DNA of 64,000 nucleotides from Euglena gracilis (Eukaryota): the NCBI GenBank assembly GCA_039621445.1, contig CP154954.1:24564954-24628953 (forward strand), in the 5' to 3' direction. The notes under the pieces were generated by a model. That model was given only the letters and a program-made list of their open reading frames with translations, made no database searches and was not told where the DNA came from. Both the position numbers and the translations under genes were made by a program. Below are positions 22,296 to 35,258 of this stretch, one piece after another. Each line of letters begins with the position of its first letter. Position 1 is the first letter of the stretch.

Positions 22296-23115
22296 AAAAA
22301 TTGCAAATATGGCCATGGTGAATTTCAGGTCAGAAATTTTGGTGCACAAGGAATTCTGCTTTGTGTGGTGCTGTGGTGGGTTGCGGGTCGAACCCAGGCT
22401 TCGATATAAGGTGGACAGGGTACAGGTATGGAGGTGCCCCCCCCTACTGGACCGGAGGGGGGTTCCTAATTTTAAAGGTTTGAGAAGATAAAAATGAAGA
22501 GCAGCGAACGAATCGACGAAGGAAAAGGTGTATCCACTCGGGGCCTGGGCCAGATTGAAGGTGAGGCAAGCCCTGGGGAGGGGGTTTTTGATAAGGGGTT
22601 TGCTAATGTTAAGAAGTACGGCAGACCAAGCGCTGACCCAAACGAAACAAACAAATAACAACAATTTACATTTTGGTGCAAAAGGAATATTAGCGAGGGG
22701 GGTAGGTGCTTAGTTGCGTGTTTAAAAGGAGACAAAAATTGCAAATATGGCCAAATGGAATTTCCGGTCGAAATTTTTGGTGCCACAAGGAATCCTGCTT
22801 TGTGGGTGCTGTGGTGGGTTGCGGGTCGAACCCAGGCTTCGAAATAAGGTGGTAGAGGGTACGGTAGGAAGGTGCCCCCCCCCTACGGACCGGAGGGGGG
22901 TTCCTAATTTTAAAGGTTTAGAGAACAATTTGCTTAAAATATACGTTCCTGGACTGGACCCCCAAAGCAGGCCAGGAATAAAAAATGAAGAGCAGCGAAA
23001 TGACGAAGGAAAATGTTATCCCCTCGGGCCTGGGCCAGAATTGCAGGTGAGGCCAGCCTTGGGGAGGGGTTTGATAAGGGGTTTGCTAATGTTAAGAAGT
23101 ACGGCAGACCAAGCG
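22296..23115. repeat. Diverged direct duplication (about 22296-22633 and 22735-23115)
   Basis: Shared blocks such as GGGTTGCGGGTCGAACCCAGGCTTCGA and GGGGTTTGCTAATGTTAAGAAGTACGGCAGACCAAGCGC. Confidence 0.9.
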
Positions 23116-23193
23116 CAAAATAGGTCTGAACCCTAAAAATGGACCCTGGGGCCAAGGGTACATTTTTATGTAAGGAGGCGGGGGGCCAGGCGG

Positions 23194-24425
23194 CACATAC
23201 ATACATACATACATACATACATACATACATACATACATACATACATACATACATACATACATACATACATACATACATACATACATACAGAACAGACATA
23301 CATACACCATACAGAACGGACAGTACATACAGACAAGACATAGACATACCATACATACATACATACATACATACATACATACATACATACATACATACAT
23401 ACATACATACATACATACATACATACATACATACATACATACATACATACATACATACATACATACATGCATATACATACATACATACATACATACATAC
23501 ATACATACATACATACATACATACATACATACATACATACATACATACATACATACATACATACATACATGCATACATACATGCATGCATACATGCAGAC
23601 ATGCATACATACATACATACATACATACATACATACATACATACATACATACATACATACATACATACATACATACATACATACATACATACATACATAC
23701 ATACATACATACATACATACATACATACATACATACATACATACATACATACATACATACATACATACATACATACATACATACATACATACATACATAC
23801 ATGCATACATACATACATACATACATACATACATGCACACATACATGCATGCATACATGCAGACATGCATACATACATACATACATACATACATACATAC
23901 ATACATACATACATACATACATACATACATACATACATACATACATACATACATACATACATACATACATACATACATACATACATACATACATACATAC
24001 ATACATACATACATACATACATACATACATACATACATACATACATACATACATACATACATACATACATACATACATACATACATACATACATACATAC
24101 ATACATACATACATACATACATACATACATACATACACACATACATACATGCATACATACATACATACATACATACATGCATGCATAGATGCATGCATGC
24201 ATGCAGACATGCATACATACATACATACATACATACATACATACATACATACATGCATGCATGCATGCATGCATGCATACATACATACATACATACATAC
24301 ATACATAAATACATACATACATACATACATACATACATACATACATACATACATACATACATACATACATACATACATACATACATACATACATACGTAC
24401 GTACATACATACATACATACATACA

Positions 24426-24459
<34 letters not shown>

Positions 24460-24470
24460 CATACACACAT
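23194..24470. repeat. (CATA)n microsatellite, about 1.3 kb
   Basis: Directly visible; source of the MYVC/HTYI pseudo-ORFs. Confidence 0.98.
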
Positions 24471-25071
24471 TCCTGCATATATTGATTTTTTTTCGCAATT
24501 CTAGCATCTATCGCCTGCTCAATTTCGGACCCAGGAAGCACATTGTTTCTAAATAAAACCTCCCTTGGATGGTGGCTCCTCTAAATGTTTTGGAAAGGTT
24601 TGGTGGGGGAAAGTGAATGGGACGGCAGTTTTTGAGTCGTTTCGTCTCATTTTTGTTTCTTGCAATTTTGTCAAGGTTGTGCTTGCTATATGGGTTGGTA
24701 TTGATTCCTATTGCTGTAAATACAGTTTTGATGGGGACAGATCTCAAAGAGGCTCGTTTGTCGACAGTGTGGATTCATTTCCTGGCCAGATTGGCACGTG
24801 CGTCCCAATTTGCACTGTTAATGTCCTGCAGCAATGCAACCTTCCCCCTCGCGCATCGAGTTCATGGGTGTGGCCCCTCTTTCCCTAATCCCCCAGGTTT
24901 TGGGAGTCACTACCCCCCCAAAGGTTTCCACCTGGGTGAAATGCACCTGTTTTTCAGGCGATTTTTTTCTCGGTGGCTCACTGTCCCCTTAATTGGGCTG
25001 TTGTAGCCAACATGGCGTCCTAAAGCGTCCCCAAAGGCTGTTGGATTGCCCGGACCAATGAAATGGGTGGG

Positions 25072-25472
25072 CAGGAGATTTCTTAAGCTGGAGGGGACCC
25101 CATCCCCGGGGGGTTGAGTGAAATAAAGTTGGGTCCAGCCCGGCCGGAGGCCGGGCCAGCTGGCCGATGGCCCGGACCAGCCAACTGGGCTGCCAGCTCA
25201 CCTATCCCTGCATTTTTTTCCCTCATCACAGATTCCTCCATCACAGCCCCCCAACCTTGATTTAGCTCCATCCATCAAATTTTCGAGAAGGCAAAAATGT
25301 TTTTAGAAAATTTTGTTTTTCATCGACCCAGCCCAGCCCACCCCTCCAGCCCCAGACCCCCCCCCCTATCCCCCGGGGGAGTCCAGCCAGCAGCTCGTAG
25401 CCAGCCAGCAGCCTTTTTGTCAGCCCGAGGCTGGACCCCCCGGGGGGGGGGGAGTCCTTAAGAAAGCCCCTA
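25072..25472. mobile_element. Older copy of the hAT-like MITE at 57537-58048
   Basis: Collinear internal similarity and TTTCTTAAG / CTTAAGAAA subterminal IR; no clear TSD. Confidence 0.7.
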
Positions 25473-28400
25473 TCTGCGGGGGTATAAAAATTTCGGGGGG
25501 GGGAATCGACAATTGCAGTTTTCCCACAATTTTCCACATTTTTCTGCATCCTCGATGCTCGGTTTTTTCTCTTTCCGAAACTTTTTTCGCATCAACCTGA
25601 GATGGCAGACGAGATGAGTTCCAGTCGTTCCTTGAACATTTCACAATAGAATTCAGGTTATTTTTGCCACTCTCTCGCAAGATCTGCCAAAATTCTCGGC
25701 GGGCAATTTCTTGGCATCTATTAGGTATTTTCCTGATTTCTGCTGGGAAATAATTTCTATTTAAAATTTTTTTCGCATCCTGGACCAGATTTTCATCTGG
25801 GGTCAAATTTTTCGTCAATTTTTTTGCCGTTTCCGTTTTTTTTTTACCAGCAAATTCCATCTTTTTAAAGTCAGTGTGTCCCCAAAAATAACAAAAATTG
25901 TGTTTTTAATATTTTTATGTTAAAGGCCATCAATTTTAGTCCCCCCCCCTTGTTCTGCAGTGCACTAGAAACCCCCCCTCCTTGGGGGTATGACTGAGTT
26001 GCTTCATGGGCTGCGAGTCAGGGGCCTCCCCCCTGCCCGAGAGTGTTGGCAGCCAGGGGGAAATTGTCATTTTTCAAACTCCAGGGGGGTGTTGGCGGTG
26101 GTGCTGTTGCAGAAACCCTGGCATCAAGGCCGCCAGGGTCTGGTCATTGTAAGTTTTTTTCCCCCTGCATCAGGCCCAATGCCGGCCTTTGGGAGGTGTG
26201 TGCTACCTACCCACGCCTTTGTCTTATTGCCCCCCCGCTCGTTGCCCCTCCCCCCTCCCCCCGCCCCGGTTGTTGTGGTGAGCGTGACCCCCAGCCAGGC
26301 CTTGCTGAAATGACCCAAAATGGCCTGAAATTATTTTTGACCCTCTCCCTACCTCCCTACGCTACGTAGGGGGGGGTCCTTAATAATGACTTTGAATGGC
26401 CTGAAATTCCTAAAATGGTCCAGAATGGGAGACATTCTGCTGCAGCCGTGGAGTGGGGTGGAAGGGTGAGGGGGGGGGCGGGGGGGGGCGAGGCGGGGGG
26501 AGGGGGGGGGGTAGAGAGGGGGGGTAGGGGGGGGGGAGGGGGGGGAGGGGGGGGGGGTGTGGGGGGGGGGGGGGGTGGGGGGGTGGGGGGTGTGAGGGGG
26601 GGGGAGGGTGCTCGCGAAGGGGGGGGGGGGGGGGGGTTCGGTGCCTTTTATGGATGTGGGCAGCAAACGGCGGAGTTGGCAGACGATGGCGGAGGAGCAA
26701 GCACAGTCCCACAGGGCCCATTTCTGATCCCAAATAACAATTACGTCCCCAAATCCACAATCCCCAGCCATCTCAGCCGCCACCTCCCAGCCCACAAACC
26801 AGCCCCTCTGACAAATGAACAATACACATTCAACGCCCACTTGTGTGAGCAGGCTTGTGCTCATTCGGGTGCCTACCCCACGGGGGGGGGGTGCTAGGGG
26901 CAGGCACCCCATAGCACCCCATCCGACCCCCCCCCCGGGGGTAGGGTTTTGGGGGGGGTGCCTGCCCATAGCAGGCACCCCCCCCCTCCGACCCCGGTGC
27001 CAAAGGCGCCGGGGGCCCGGAAAAGGCCATTTTCAATGAAAAGTTTTCTTGGACCAAACCCCTAAGTAATACCCCTGGGCGGGGTTCGGGCATAAACCCC
27101 AAGGGCGGTTTTTTTTTTTTTTTTTACTTTTTTTGTCTTTTATTTTGGGAACAGCATAAGCTTTTACTACCCACCCCCCTTGCCCCCTCCCCCCCCCCTC
27201 CTCCTTATGCCCCTTTTTCCTTCTTCCCACCCGCCCATGTGCTTTGACAATCCCCTACCCAAAAATTTCCTTATCTTCCACTGCCCCCCTCAAAATTAAA
27301 CCCCCCCCTGTCCATGGCCTCCTCTTTAATCGCCCCTTGCTCTGAAGTTTTCTGCGCTTCACCGTCAGGAGTCCAATTTCGGGAGTTTCCCATTCGCCTT
27401 TCTGTCCTAACCCACACATCTAGCGCCACCACACCCCCCCCGCCCCCCCCCCCAAGCCAGGCTTTCTACCCCACGCATCCACTCCCACCCCATCCCCCCC
27501 CCATCCGACCCCCCCAACAGCACCTCCCCCCAGTAATTCCCCCACCCCATCTCCCCCCCACCCCTTAAAAATCACCCCAAACCCCCAAACCCCCCCACTA
27601 CCCACAATACCCCGTACAAGTTTTTGATCACATGATGCAAAGTTGCAGTCGTCTGCAAATTTTGACTGCAATCTTGACAATCATTCCAGAAATGTAACAT
27701 ACAACTGATATTAACCCTGGGAATATTGTTCTGAGATCCGTAAAAAAATCATGCAAATCACATGCAATCAGATGACACGAAAAATCACAAACAATCCTGC
27801 GAACAGGAAAAAAGAGAAACAATTATGGGACACAATCGAAACCTCCTGTTATAACGTGCAGCGCTTTGACTGTGCACATTGTTTAAACAGACTTGCTTTT
27901 CGAGCTGGCCAAAAAGTTTTCCCAGGCGGAAACTGTCCTCATGGATATGTCCCAATTCCACCCAGGTTCCAATTTTAATACAATGCATTTTTTCTGATCA
28001 GAAACAATGCAACCAGGCAAAAAGGTCTAATATGGCCTAACATGGATTAAAATGGCTTAAAATGGCCCAAAGTGTCCTAAAGTGAGATAATTTTTGTGGC
28101 TTGAAATGTTTTCATGATGAGTCAAACGTTATTGATATGTTTACAACTTCAAACACCTGAAACAATTTTTTGACCCCCCTAACAAAAGCGCCGGCCCGCT
28201 TCAAGCCCAGGGTCCAAATAAAAGCGCACCCCCCCCCCCCGCCAACGGCGGCGGTGCACTACAAGCGCATCCCCCATTTTGATGGGATTTCTGAAGGAAA
28301 TCAACAAGAATCGTGCAGGTAGGGTCCAAATAGAAGCACACCCCCCCACCCCACGGCTGCCGGAGGCGGTGGTCCGCTGTAAGCGCACCCGTGCTTCTAT

Positions 28401-30281
28401 TGGGGGAGGGGTTGGCCGAAGCTAGGGAGTTAGGCCGAAATAAGGCCTAAATTCTGGCCAACATTTGGCCTAATTTGAACCTAAATTCAGGCCAAAGGCC
28501 TAAGTCCTGACCCTAACCCTATTCCCAAGCCCAAACCCTAATCCGATCCCTTTTCAATTAACCCAAAACCCTACTGAAGATGTTAACCAGTGTCAAACAG
28601 CTTGAATGGCGCAAATGGCAGATTGCAAGGTTGCGTTTTTTGGTATGGTGGGGATCTCATGTTCTTTGGCAGTAAACTTCTCCAGCAAGAACCTAAAACC
28701 GATGCACCTGGAACTACATTTGTACAATTCAGATTTTTTTTCAAGGGAATTATTTCCTTCCCATATATTTTTTTTCAAAATCAACATTTTCCCATGATTA
28801 TCCCGTAATATTTCTCCCATAATTTTCCCGTAATTTTCGTCCCCGTAATTTTAGTCCGCACTGTAAGTGATGATTTGCACACGATGATGCATTTTTTTGG
28901 GGACAAAAACGACCCAGAATTATGATTTCAGAACCTCCACGTATGGGTTAAAATGCCCTGAGATGGCTTTAAGTAGCCTGGGGTGGGCCATTTACGGACA
29001 TTTTAGGCCATTTTAACCTATCGGGCCTAAATGGGCCTAAATCGGGGCAAATATTGGGGCAAAATGTTGGGCCTGACTATAGGCTTGCCCTCGGCCTGTT
29101 GGGGACAACACGCGGTGCAGTGCGCAATTTTTTTTTGAAGAAATGGTCAAAGTCCATTAATTTCGGTCTTTTGGTCCGAATAGCTTGAGAAACCGATACC
29201 CCCAGGGGGGCGGAAGTCAGAAGACCCTTGGGGGGTGGGTGGATCCGGGGCCGGACCCCCCCCCCCCGGGGGAGTCACACGCTGGGGGCCCAGGTATGGG
29301 TTTCGGCCAAATTTTTTTTTGAGAAATGCCCTCAGACGGCCCGCTTTTTGCCCCCCCCCCCCCGGACGGTCCCGCTCCGGGCTGGAGGGAGCTGTGGCGG
29401 GACCCGGGGAGTCCGCTGTTAATCTCCATTTTCGAGAAATCAATCAAAAAACCAAAACAGAAAACCAGTCATTTCTGGTCGCCTGCCCCGCCCCGGCTTC
29501 TTTTTAAGACCCTTCATCTTTTTTTTTTTGCCTTTTGGAAGAAGGGCCATACACTGAGCCGGTCCCCTCGCCAGGCACACGGCGTGCCTCGCTTCCTGTC
29601 CGGGTGTATGTCTCCCCTGCCTACCCCACGTGGAGCTTTATGGCTGTGGCGCTGTTCCGTCCCTGCTGGGCTGGGCCGCACTGACACCAGCGACCGCCAG
29701 ACATCCGCAGGCTCCGAAGGCTCCCCTCTCGCCCAACTGAAACCTATGGGGGAGGGGCAGTGTGGCCCAGCCCCAGCCGACACGGTGCCCGTCCCCCTCT
29801 CCCGTTCTTTGCAATGGCCCAGCCGGTCTGGCTATTTATATATGAGAGAAAAGAAGGGAGATTGCTCGTCTGCACCGACCGTTTTTTTTCCCGTTGAAGG
29901 ACACGTGCTCATGCCGACCATCCCACTGCCTTCTTGAAATAAAAAAAAGAAAAAGAAACTACAGATGTTCGCAAGACAATGACGATATGATGTGATGATG
30001 ATGACGACGACCACGACGACGATGATGATGATGGTCGTGATGATGGTGAGGTTGATGATGGTGATGACGGTGATCGCAGTGGTCGTGGTGATGCAATGAC
30101 CTTCTGAACTGCATTTGCGTAGCTGTTTTTGCAGGTATTGCAAAAAATGGGCGCCTCCCACTAGACTTGGTGGGAGGGGGGATGTGGGTGTGTGGGGGAG
30201 GGGTGGGGGTGGTAAACCCGGAAAAAAAATTCCTGTTCGTTTTTGCATTTTCAGGATCACTATGAAATGTACTTTTTATAT

Positions 30282-30951
30282 TGGGGATGCTTCCGCACCG
30301 CATGCACCGCGTGCACCACGTGCCGCACCGCGTGAGAAGAATCATTTCCAAATGTGCAATTTTCACAGATTTCCCCATTACCCCATTGGTACCCCAGTAC
30401 CAGTACCCCAGTACCCCAGTACCAGTACCCCATTGGTAATTGATTTCCATTCTTTTTTTTTGTCTGGTTTTTTGCAAATCAGCAACTTTTGGTCGTTTTT
30501 GGTTATTTTGGACCACTTTTGGCCACCTTTATCCGCTTTGGGCTGCATTTGGCAATTTACCACGTTTGGTTGTTGCTATGAATTTTTGGCTCATTTGTAC
30601 CATGTTTTTGCTGCTTCTGGCCATTTTTGTGCATTTGTGGCTGCTTTATGCTACTTCTCAGTGCTTTAGCCACTTTTTGCCCATTTTTGACCACTTTTGG
30701 CCATTTTGTGGCCACTTGCACAGATTCAGTGGCCATTGGTCCATACTTAGTGAGATCTGATGGCAAAACCAGGTGATTAGGACCAAAAACAGCTAAAAAT
30801 TAACAAACTCACCCAAAATGCTATTTTATTGCAAGTTTATGATCGATGGGTGGTTTTGCGTGTGTTTTTCTCTCATTCGGTCATTTGAGGTTGTACCTGA
30901 TCCTTGTCACGCGGTGCACCCGGTGCCACACGCGGTGCGTAAGCACCCTCA
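30282..30951. mobile_element. TIR element with GCACCGCGT subterminal repeats
   Basis: GGGGATGCTTCCGCACCGC at the left pairs imperfectly with GCGGTGCGTAAGCACCCTC at the right. A related mini-element lies at about 63742-63823. TSD not resolved. Confidence 0.55.
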
Positions 30952-31984
30952 TTGGGGTCATTTGTGGAGTCGAAAGTAAAGGCAGAAAAATTCTTTTCAC
31001 GAGCAATGTCCGAAAATGGTTTTTTGACTGTTTTTGGGGGGAAGAAAGGGGCTGGGTTGGCAGCCCCCCCATCCCCCCCCCCTGAGCCAAATTTTTTGCA
31101 CCCCCCCCCTCAAGCCCAATGAACGCCCTTGCCCGATGAACAGGGGCTGTTCGGACCGTCTAGATTGTCACCATATATTTTATCTAACCCCCCACAAAAT
31201 AGGACCCCCCAAAAAATAAGCCCCCCCCTGGGCCGATCGAGCAAAAATCCAAATTAAGACCCCAAAAAAATAAGACCCCCCCGCTGACGGTACGAAGCGC
31301 CGGGGACAGTAAAATTTTTCCCTGAAAAATTACTAAAAACCTCAATTTCACACACAACAATGATGAAATTTCAAAAAAAAATTCTGATTTTTAGGGTGCA
31401 AAAAAAAACGTGCTAAATGTCCACTCACTCCAATTTACATATGGTGCAAAGTGCCAAAGGAAAATCCTTGATGCTTTTGGGAACCTGAAAAGGGGTCTTT
31501 TTTTCAGGCTCAGGTTGGTCAAGAAAAAATCCAAATAAGACCCCCTTGGAGGTTTCCAGCAACCGACCCAAAAATAAGAGCCGGGCCTTATTTTGGGGGG
31601 GTTTTCACCGAAAGTGTACCCCACCTGCCTGATGAACGCCCCCCCCCCTCCGTTTGGACCGTCTACATTGCCACCTTGGTGTTGATTGGGCTTGGGGGGG
31701 ACCATTTTTCAGGGGGAAACCATCGAAAAATGAAATGTCCTCAAAAACTGGGAAGGGGGTGAGGGGAGGGGCTCTGGGGGGTGCAGTCTCCCCCTGGGGA
31801 CAGCCAAACATTTTCACCCATTGTTGCCATCTCCCAACGGTGAAATGGCACCCTTACGAGCATCAGTGGGGGGGTGCAGGGGTGTAGTCATTTGATGTTC
31901 ATTTGGTGTGCATCAAGAAATTTGTGTATTATGAGTATCATCAAAAATAATTAATGATCTGATTTGTGTATCACCTCTGTATTA

Positions 31985-32862
31985 AACCCCCCCATTTAAA
32001 CCGACCCGTCGGTTTACGACTTTTGGGTTGACGGAAATCCTGGGGGTCGGTTTAGACGGGGGGGTCGGTTCCAGGGGGAGCACACGGCTGGCGGACGGCG
32101 TGACGGAAGCGGGTTGATGTTAGCAAGGCAATTTCAATTGGCAAATGCCTAATTTGGTTGGCCAATTCCTAACTTTGAGCGACAAACGCCTAATTCGGGG
32201 TGTAAATTCTTAATTTTAGTGGCAGATGCTGAATTTTTGGGTGTAATATCCAATTTTTGGTGGCAAATTGTCTAATTTTGGGTGCAAACTTCTAATTTTA
32301 GGTGGTAAATGCCTAATTATATATTTTGGGTGCCAACTCCAAATTTTAGGAGGAAAATGCCCAGTTTGAGGCGCAAACTCCAATTTTGGGTCATCAATAC
32401 TAATTATTCAATGAGCATGGACGCTCTTTCTGTTGATGGCTTCCATTATATTGTGCATGTTAGTCATCCAACTTGCCATGGGTCGGTTTATTTCTTTTTT
32501 TGGTTGAAATTCTGCAATGGGTCCAGGGTTTTTTTTTAGTCTTGGACCCCCTCCCCCGGGGGGGAAGGGGGGGTAGGTCTCTTAGACCCCCTCCCCCCCG
32601 GCGTGGGTGTGGGTGGGTATATCTTTTTCAGCGCCAAAGGCGCCGAAATTTTTGAAAAAAGGTTTTATTTTTAGCATTTTCGGGCAAAAGTGGGTGGGTC
32701 CCCCGGGACCCCCCCCCCTCCCCCGGGGGGCCCCTCCCCTGGGGGTGGGTGGGTGGGTGCCGACCCTCCCCCCCTCCCCCCGGTCTTAAAAAAAAACCCT
32801 GAATGGGTCGGTTTGGAAGGGTAGGTCGGTTTGGAAGGGGGGTCGGTTTAAATGGGGGAGTT
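31985..32862. mobile_element. TA-flanked MITE
   Basis: TIR AACCCCCCCATTTAAACCGACCC / GGGTCGGTTTAAATGGGGGAGTT, with TA on both sides. Confidence 0.75.
32524..32801. mobile_element. hAT-like MITE nested in the previous element
   Basis: TIR CAGGGTTTTTTTTT / AAAAAAAAACCCTG with perfect 8-bp TSD AATGGGTC (32516-32523, 32802-32809). Confidence 0.88.
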
Positions 32863-33663
32863 TACCAAAAAAAATGTTTTGTGTGCCACATGTGCATCAC
32901 ATTTTTTTTGTGAATTATCCGTGTATTCCCAAAAAATGCCCAGATAATTCGATTTTTTGGTCAGTTTTTTTTTAGTCAAAAATCCATTTCTCTTTTCGTT
33001 TTCTTTTGTTATGCTTTCGATCAAGGGTTTATTGAAACAGAGGGGACACCTGCCCCCAGGGGGATCCAGCCAGAAGCACCTTTTTTCAGGCCATCAGCTC
33101 CCAGCCGGGCTACAAACCCTCCCCCCCCCCCCCCACGACCAGGATCCGCTGATGAACTGATGACAGCCAGCCCAACCGTGTTGAACAGGTAAAGCTTGTG
33201 ACAAAAATTTTGAGATCACCTGTGTGTCACCAAAAGAATTTGTGTTTAATTCAAGGAACCAAAACCAGAAAAAATTTTGTGTATCATATGTGTACCACCC
33301 AAAAAATTTTGTGTATCACCGCGAAGTTGTTATACATTTTTTAATGAATGTCTGCGAACGGGGGGAGAATTTGCTGGTGGGCACCAATTTTCACAATTCC
33401 TCTGGTTTAAGTGTTTGGCTCATCGCTTTCATCGATGGGTTAGGGTTATTCATCGATGGGTTGAAAAACAACGTGGTAGGCATTATTGGCGGGGGGGTCG
33501 GATTAGGTGCCTTGGAGCGCGTGTCAGTAGGTACCCTGGAGTGCCTGTGCACCCCCCCCTGGTGCTTGCCCCCCCAGGCGCTTGCCCCCCTCCTCCTTAC
33601 ATGCAAACTTGGCCCCCCTAAAGTTGGCCTTCAGCCTTCAGCACATGGCCACCAAAATTTTTG

Positions 33664-34015
33664 CCCGCCCCCCCCCCCTTGTCGTACGACCACCCCTCAT
33701 TAACGACCACCCCACACGTTCCATAGATGATGCCGTTGAATCCAAGTGTCGTGCTTTTCATGCAGGTAATATCTATGTTCCCCTACCGGTGCCGTTGTTT
33801 GGGCAACCTCCATTTTAAGTATTTCTGCTTTTCGCTGTGCTTTGCCGCTGGAGATGTGCCACCCACGAGGTGGTGAACACCACCTTCCCTACGACCGCCC
33901 CCTCATTTACGACCACCCCCCGGTCGCAGGTTGCAGGTTATGGGGGTGTTACGACCCCCCCCCCCTGGTCGCAGGTTGCAGGAACCCGGTCGTACGACAA
34001 GGGGGGGGGGGCGGG
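33664..34015. mobile_element. MITE with C-run-TTGTCGTACGACC TIR
   Basis: Inverted ends. It splits a 'CTTACATGCAAAC'-family MITE at the TA seen intact at 2519-2520. A sister copy lies at about 34150-34621. Confidence 0.8.
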
Positions 34016-35203
34016 TAACATGCAAACTTGGCCCCCCTAAGTTTGGCCCCCCTTGGCCTTACCTTCAATCCTGGCCCAGGCCAAGCACCCAGGGTGGAGG
34101 AACCACCTCCACCCTGGAGGGAGTGTCCACCAGGAGAGGGATCAATCCTCCTCCCCCCTTGTCGTACGACCACCCCACTATGACGACCACCCCCCGGTCG
34201 CAGGTTGCAGGTTATGGGGGTGTTACGACCCCCCCCCCCCGGTCGCAGGTTGCAACCAGGTTGCAGGTCGCAGGTTGCAGGTCAGAACCAAAAAGAGGCT
34301 GGTTTTTTGGTGGTTTTTTTGAGGTTGTATGAAGATGCATATATGTATGCCTCTTTTTCCAGGTATTTTCTATGTTCCCCACCGGCGCTTATGTTTTCTA
34401 AACCTGCAGGTCTTTCACACTGCTTGCTTCGATGTGTGCCGCACCCATGACGACAGTTCGGGTCCCCATTGACATCGGCCAGTGAACAACTCATGAACAA
34501 CGACCACCCCACTATAACGACCACCCCCTGATCCAGGTTTCAGGTTAGGGGGGGGTCTAACGACCCCCCCCCCCCCGGTCACAGGTTGCAGGTACCCGGT
34601 TGTATGACAAAGGGGGGGAGGTACCTCCCACCCTCCCCCTCCCCGGGGGTTCCTGGTTATGGGAAGAAATTTGCCAAGAATTGCCCTTTTTCCGTGACCC
34701 TTTTTGTTTTGTTGTGTTTTCGAACCTTTTGGCAACCATTTGGGAGGGCAACAGTTTTTCTTGTGTGCTAGGAAACAAACTTGGCTCAAAAGTTTCACTT
34801 TTTGGCATTTTCTCTCTCTATGATTTATCAAGGATCTTCGTCATTTTTACCAGCCATTTTTTGCCCTTCTGAAATTTTTGGGTGAGCAAATTGTCCAAAC
34901 AGGGTGATGACAAGATTTTAAGGGCCATCCACTCTATGATTTTGTTTTTTATCAAATGATTCCTCTCCATTAGGGTTGGTGCCCAGAGGGTTTCATGAGG
35001 AGAGGTTGATCGGTCGCACAGAAAACAATTTTTTCTTTTGGCGCTTTGCGCCAGAATTTTGTCACAAGAATGTACAAAGAATCGGCATAGATTGGACCAA
35101 TTTGCCCAAAGAAAAATCAGTTCGCTCAATCAGTTTTCTCTCCTGCTTTATGTATGTATTCTTATTCATTTATTTATGGATCTTTTTTTTCTTTTATCTA
35201 CTT

Positions 35204-35258
35204 ATTCATTCATTCATTCATTCATTCATTCATTCATTCATTCATTCATTCATTCATT
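35204..35258. repeat. (TTCA)n microsatellite
   Basis: Directly visible. Confidence 0.9.

Noticed and set aside
22383-22400. tRNA or SINE B-box (GGGTTCGACCC on the minus strand)
   Set aside because: No A-box or cloverleaf could be built.
22934-24556. MYVC/HTYI ORFs up to 535 aa
   Set aside because: (CATA)n microsatellite.
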